NCBI GenBank assembly: GCA_964534625.1
Contig: CAZHRF010000004.1
Location: 32,001 to 96,000 of the forward strand
Reading direction: 5' to 3'
Length of the DNA stretch: 64,000 bases
Origin: an uncultured archaeon
GTDB lineage: Archaea; Asgardarchaeota; Heimdallarchaeia; Heimdallarchaeales; Heimdallarchaeaceae
How positions within the stretch are numbered: the stretch's first letter is position 1; every line of letters begins with the position of its first letter. The notes beneath the pieces are model-generated. The model worked only from the letters and a program-made list of their open reading frames with translations. It did not search any database and was not told the origin of the DNA. Of the stretch, positions 62,484 to 64,000 are shown piece after piece. Both the position numbers and the translations under genes were made by a program.

Positions 62484-63140
62484 TTAGACTGTAATGCTCC
62501 TTTCTTTTTGAGTTGGTGTAAGTTCTGGTTGTTTCATCATTTTATGTGCAAAGATAGCAGGATTCCACATCCATTTACTCATTATCCATAAAGCAATGAA
62601 TATACCTATACCTGCAATTACAAAAGCAATAGCAAACGCCATCGCATAAATTTGTAACCATCTTACAAACCACCCAGGTTGAAGTCCATCAAGAGCTACA
62701 GTAAGAAAAGCTCTTATACCCCCAATCAAGGCACACATCCACGTGTCAGCGATCAAAAAGAACGCCCAAAAACGAGGATTCTTTATCATGCTTGATATAG
62801 GTTCACCTTTACGTGATCTTCCTATAAAATCATATCCACTGATTCTTCCAGCTATTTTTGCTAATCCAGGCCATCGACCAAATTCGTTAAAACTGAAAAA
62901 ACCCACACAAAAAGCAATAGGCATGACTATACCAACATTTTGCAGAAATTTTACAAGTACTTGGTTTGGATACAATGCAACTGCCATTATTATTGCCATT
63001 GGTAATGATATATAAATTGACATTTGCACTGACATTCCTAATGCCCTGTGTCTTGGATTCAATTTGTCTGTCAAACCTCCTGGTGTTGGAGGTAATTGTT
63101 CCTTTAGGAATAAGCTTTTAGGTAATTGTTGTTGTGACAT
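62484..63140 (-). CDS. Membrane protein (DUF2798-like helices)
   Basis: Four TMs; WFVRWLQIYAMAFAIAFVIA pattern; gaggt SD. Confidence 0.6.
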   Translation of the reverse strand: MSQQQLPKSLFLKEQLPPTPGGLTDKLNPRHRALGMSVQMSIYISLPMAIIMAVALYPNQVLVKFLQNVGIVMPIAFCVGFFSFNEFGRWPGLAKIAGRISGYDFIGRSRKGEPISSMIKNPRFWAFFLIADTWMCALIGGIRAFLTVALDGLQPGWFVRWLQIYAMAFAIAFVIAGIGIFIALWIMSKWMWNPAIFAHKMMKQPELTPTQKERSITV

Positions 63141-63410
63141 TTTTTGTTTAACCTCTTTTTTATTCTGTATGTCATGTGTTCTAAAAAGAAAATTATTAGA
63201 ACAGTATATAAAGGAGGAAAATTATTTCCCTTAATTTTATGTTTTTGTAACATTATCACTATACACTATTCTATTACCATTTTAAGGTAAAAAAGTGTAG
63301 AACTAAGTAATAAGACCAACCTATAAAAAGAAAAACACATCTTTTTTGAAGGAACCAACAAATAATAGCAAAAGGAAAATGTATTTATTTTTCATATTGC
63401 TTTTTTTTCT

Positions 63411-64000
63411 ATGAAAAATTTCATTTCAGGTTTAAAACTTTCTGAGAAAACCTATGAAACAGTTATTAACCCCATTTTACATGAAAACTATCCCACTTTA
63501 CTCTATTCGGCAGCTAGATTGGGCAAAGGTTCAGAAATCTTAGGCTTTGATGATCAGATGTCTATGGATCATGATTGGGGAGTAAAACTACAACTTTTTT
63601 TACGCCCCGAGGATACACACTTAAAAGATGAACTCTGTGAGTTATTTTCAATAGTTTTGCCTGATAAGATAGAGGGTATTCTAACGAATTTCAGTGAACA
63701 AGGTAAAGATGGTTCTTCTGTACTAAAAAAGAGGGATAAAAATGAAATGATCAATCATGGTATTGAAATTACAACTATCCAAGAGTATTACAAAGATTTT
63801 CTTGGTATTGATCCCTATAAGAATCTTTCAAGTATTGATTGGTTGGTAATCCCTGAACACAGACTTTTATCAGTAACCTCTGGAAAAGTTTTCCATGATC
63901 AATTGGATCTCATTGATATAAGGAATAAATTCTCTTATTATCCCCACGATGTCTGGTTATTTATTCTCATGTCTCAATTCAAATTGATAGCAGAAGAAGA
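63411..64000 (+). CDS. DUF4037-family nucleotidyltransferase-like protein (runs off the right edge; not in ORF track)
   Basis: MKNFISGLKLSE...YSAARLGKGSEILGFDDQMSMDHDWG...WLVIPEHRLLSVTSGKVFHD...YYPHDVWL. Confidence 0.88.
   Translation, partial: MKNFISGLKLSEKTYETVINPILHENYPTLLYSAARLGKGSEILGFDDQMSMDHDWGVKLQLFLRPEDTHLKDELCELFSIVLPDKIEGILTNFSEQGKDGSSVLKKRDKNEMINHGIEITTIQEYYKDFLGIDPYKNLSSIDWLVIPEHRLLSVTSGKVFHDQLDLIDIRNKFSYYPHDVWLFILMSQFKLIAEE

Overview
AT-rich (roughly 30% GC by eye) archaeal chromosomal window. The gene content points to an Asgard archaeon, most likely Heimdallarchaeia (inference): Arf- and MglA/Rab-like small GTPases, longin-like domains, divergent TFB/cyclin-fold proteins, an LRR protein and many C-terminally anchored surface proteins. 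Housekeeping genes include ileS (with a swapped GVHH signature), an XPD-like helicase, an FKBP PPIase, a rubredoxin missed by the ORF track, MFS and AEC transporters and a GT2 glycosyltransferase. Accessory content includes an internally deleted IS200/IS605 (TnpB) element, two orphan N6-adenine methyltransferases, several gene remnants and four large secreted proteins. Two candidate undescribed systems stand out. (1) A GriC/EhpF-like adenylating enzyme and a GriD/LuxC-like reductase, which together resemble a two-part aryl-carboxylate reductase, are split 11 kb apart, and each half sits beside a small GTPase (plus MinD, longin-like and TPR genes). (2) A translationally coupled operon encodes an internally duplicated TFB/cyclin-like protein, a HExxH-dead (HQLFH) M50-like membrane pseudoprotease and a 2704-aa Ig-repeat protein, followed by a surface protein; a paralogous surface protein + pseudoprotease pair lies at 24-27 kb. 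No rRNA, tRNA or CRISPR array was recognised. All family assignments are from motif recognition, not database searches.
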